From assembly GCF_004010195.1 (NCBI RefSeq), contig NC_057720.1:26610890-26674889 (forward strand): a DNA stretch of 64,000 nt, given 5' to 3'. Below, one piece after another: positions 60,836 through 64,000 of the stretch (positions within the stretch are counted from its first letter, which is position 1; each line of letters starts with the position of its first letter). Below the pieces are notes generated by a model that was given only the letters and a program-made list of their open reading frames with translations, ran no database searches and was not told the origin of the DNA. The stretch is from Chiloscyllium plagiosum (Eukaryota). The translations under genes and the position numbers were made by a program.

Positions 60836-62149
60836 CTCATAAATACATCTGTGATTATTGCCTCAGCCACACCGTGGGGAAGCAAACTCCATATTTTTTA
60901 ATCAAGTTGCCCAGTCTTCCGGAAACCACCATGACTGTCAAAGTACCTTATACTGTATACGCTAAAACAGGTGATCAGCAGGTAGCCTTTTTTCAGTTGG
61001 AGTAATGGAAGCCTTCTTATAGAAGGGTTACCTTGTACTCAAGCATGATCAGAAGAGGTTAAATCTAAAGGAAAATCCACAGTGTCACAGTTTTCATGAG
61101 TCGTTCTGCATCAGGGCAACTTTAAAGTGCAAACAGGTATGACTGAAATTTTCACATGTTCAGTTCATGCAGCTGCAAGATCCTCTTGGCTCTGAGGGAT
61201 TTGATAAATACTTTAGTGAATTTTTGCTCAGGCTACAGGCTGAAAGCAGTGCTGAAGCATTGCCTGAGTGAGCTGGAAGAGAGAGTGTGGGTCAAGGCTG
61301 ACAGATGATTTGGGTTTTGCTGATTGTTTAAAAGGAAGCTGCATAGCTTGTCCTATCATCCTCATTGAATACGGTGCATCCGTCTCATTGAGATGACATG
61401 TTCTTTCTGATGAGTGTGTAGCAAATGAGGACAGAAAGAGATGAATCAACAATCAGTGGGAAGGAAAAATGTACAGATCATGTCAAGCAGAATAAGCGAA
61501 GAATAAAATAACACAACATTAAAACCTCCAACTGCCTGAAACACAGCAGCATGATAACAGAAAATGTTTCAATGCACAGAGGACAAAGGCAGGATCAGCA
61601 GTTGCCTCCACTTATCCTCCATTAGCAGGTTCAGTGGGATGGTCTGTGGATGAGAGACAGCGAGATTATTGGAATATTCAAACAGTTCAGCCAGAGCACA
61701 ATGATATGATAAATGTGTGCAAGGTGAGTGGTGTCACTGTATAATCAAAAAATGATCTCATTTCAGGGAGGTCATCTTCATCGACAGTAGAACACCGGCA
61801 CTGCTCTTGTAGTAACATGACTAACAAAATGAGAAGCAACTGAACATATGTACATGTGCATTCCTAGATAGCTGTTCCATGTATCTTTATGTGTATGCTT
61901 CTCTGGATAGAATCTTGTGTTGCTCCTGGGAGCAGGAAGAGAGGTGGGTAGGGAAATGTTAATTGATTGGGAGGTGAATTTGAGAATCCCGATGGTGGAT
62001 GATGTTTTCAAATTAGGTTCTTTGAACTTCGTAGCAGGTCAGTTTTCCAAGTGGTACTCAGCAGGTAAGCCTTTTCACATGCATTTACACTTCATGCTTG
62101 CTCAATCAATGTAAAGTTTATATGAATAATTTTCCTCTTTTCAATTAAT

Positions 62150-62935
62150 TTCTTTGCAAGTGGCAAATTAAAGCCTTCGGAAACCCAACTGTACGTAAGT
62201 GGTGTGCCACAATCAAACTCCTTAGAGAGTAATAAGGAACAAAGGAACTTTGGTGTACAAGTTCATAGATCTCTGAAAGGGTCAGCATCTGTGGACAGGT
62301 GTCAGATAGGGTGGTGAAGAAGGCATAAGAGATGTCTGCCTTCATTAGTCAGAGTGTAGAATATAGGAGCAAGGAAGTCTCGTTAAAACCTTATAAACAT
62401 CGGTTAGGCCACAAATGAAATACTGTGTACAGTTCTGATTGCCACACTATTGGAAGGACGTGATTGCACTGGAGAGGGTGCAGAGGAATTTCAGTAGGAT
62501 GTTGCCTGGGATGGAAAGCCTCAGTAATGAGGACAGACTGGATGGGCTAGGTTTGTTCTCTCTGAGGAGACTGAGGAGGGGGAAATCTGATTGAGGTGTA
62601 CAAAAAGATGCGAGGCATCGACATGATAGATTGGGAGAATCTCCTCCCCATGACAGGCAACAGAGCATAAGTTTAAGTTGCGGAGTAGGTGGTTTAGAGG
62701 AGATCTGAGAAAAAAAAGCAGCGTGTTCTAGAAATACAGAATGTGCTGCCTGAGAGAGTGGGTGAAGGCATGTACTCATGCAACACTTAAGAAGCATGTA
62801 GATGAGTAATGAAAATGCGAGGGCATGGTAGACTATAGACCAAGTTCGGGTAAATGGAGTAATGTAGTTCAGTGTTTATTGGTCAGCATTGATGTGGTGG
62901 GCCGAAGGGCCTATTTCTATGCTGTACGACTCTAC
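62150..62935 (+). mobile_element. CR1 3' fragment
   Basis: 'gttaggccacaaatgaaatactgtgtacagttctg...ctggagagggtgcagagga...gttgcctggg'. Confidence 0.8.
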
Positions 62936-62994
62936 CTCCACTGAATACAGGACTGTTAAATTTCTAATCACTCTAACAGTGAAAGGAACTAAAT

Positions 62995-63630
62995 TAAGAT
63001 CAGAAGCAGGCCGTTCCCTTACCAATTAAAAATCTGTCAATGTCAGTCTTGAATATTTTTAATGACCTAGCCACTTCAGCCTTCTGTGGCAAAGAATTCC
63101 ACAGATTCACAAACTTCGAAGACAGGAAATGCTTCTTCATCCCGGTTTTAAAAGGATGGCCCCTTTTTCTGAGATTATGCCCGAGACTTTCCCACAGGAG
63201 GAAACAATCTTTCTGCATCTACCCTGACAAGTCCTCTCAGGGTCATGCATGTTTCAGCAGGTCACTTCTCAGTCTTCTAAGCACCAATGATACAATCCCA
63301 ACTTACTCAACGTCTCCTCATAAGACAGTCACTCCAACTGGGATCAGCTTAGTGAGCATTCTTTCAACAGCCTCCAATAGCAGTGCACCTGTGGACTGCC
63401 TCCTGCCTTGCGTACTTTTAGCAAAACCTCTCTCCTATTTTATCCCATTCCCTTTGAAATAGTGCGTAATATTCCATTTGAATTCCCTGTTATCTGCTAA
63501 AAATGTACACGAGCTTTTTGAGATTTATTCATTTCAAATTACTCTGTGCATTGGCCTTTTGCAGTCTACCTCCTTTTAAATAATTGTCAGCTCCTCTATA
63601 CTTCCTGCTAAAGTGCATAACCTCACATTT
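62995..63630 (-). mobile_element. CR1 3' fragment
   Basis: 'GHNLRKRGHPFKT...VNLWNSLPQK...FKTDIDRFL'. Confidence 0.8.
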
Positions 63631-63631
63631 A

Positions 63632-64000
63632 CAGAGTCATAGAGATGTACAGCATCGAAACAGACCCTTCAGTCCAACCCATCCATGCTAACCAGATATC
63701 CCAACCCAATCTAGTCCCACCTGCCAGCACTCAGCCCATATCCCTCCAAACCCTTCCTATTCGTGTACCCATCCAGATGTCTTTGAAATGTTGCAATAGT
63801 ACTAGCCTCCACCACTTCCTCTGGCAGCTCATTCCATACAAGTACCACCCTCTGCGTGAAAACGTTGCCACTTAGGTCTCTTTTATATCTTTCCCCTCTC
63901 ACCCTAAACCTATGCTCTCTAGTTCTGGACTCCCCCACCCCAGGGAAAAGACTTTGCCTATTTATCCTATCCATGCCCCTCATGAACTTATAAACCTCTT
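63632..64000 (-). mobile_element. Young HER1/CR1 3' end, running off the window
   Basis: ORF 63711-63983 'MRGMDRINRQSLFP...TQRVVLVWNELPEEVVEA'. Confidence 0.92.

Noticed and set aside
61032..61064. Possible minus-strand 33-nt exon ending in MLEYK
   Set aside because: Splice sites only, with no supporting homology
12745..64000. All five best-preserved HER1 copies lie on the minus strand
   Set aside because: Small sample, and other CR1 copies are on the plus strand; it cannot indicate host gene orientation

Overview
Eukaryotic, AT-rich, repeat-dense DNA that is almost entirely non-coding. The repeat content (HE1/V-type tRNA SINEs, HER1/CR1 LINEs, Penelope-like elements, Gmr1-like Gypsy) points to a cartilaginous fish, probably a shark; this is inferred from repeat motifs, not from a database search. 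No complete host gene was recognised. Most ORFs in the track are retroelement fragments or chance ORFs, and a few unidentified candidate exons are listed at low confidence. The most notable structure is a set of more than 15 short Penelope-like terminal-repeat insertions from at least four sub-families. Many are fold-back palindromes with 12-16 bp target-site duplications and a ~30-40 nt unpaired tail, and they carry minimal hammerhead-ribozyme motifs, including one with a U3-A8 covariant core. Repeat boundaries were set by eye and are approximate unless a TSD or TIR is quoted.
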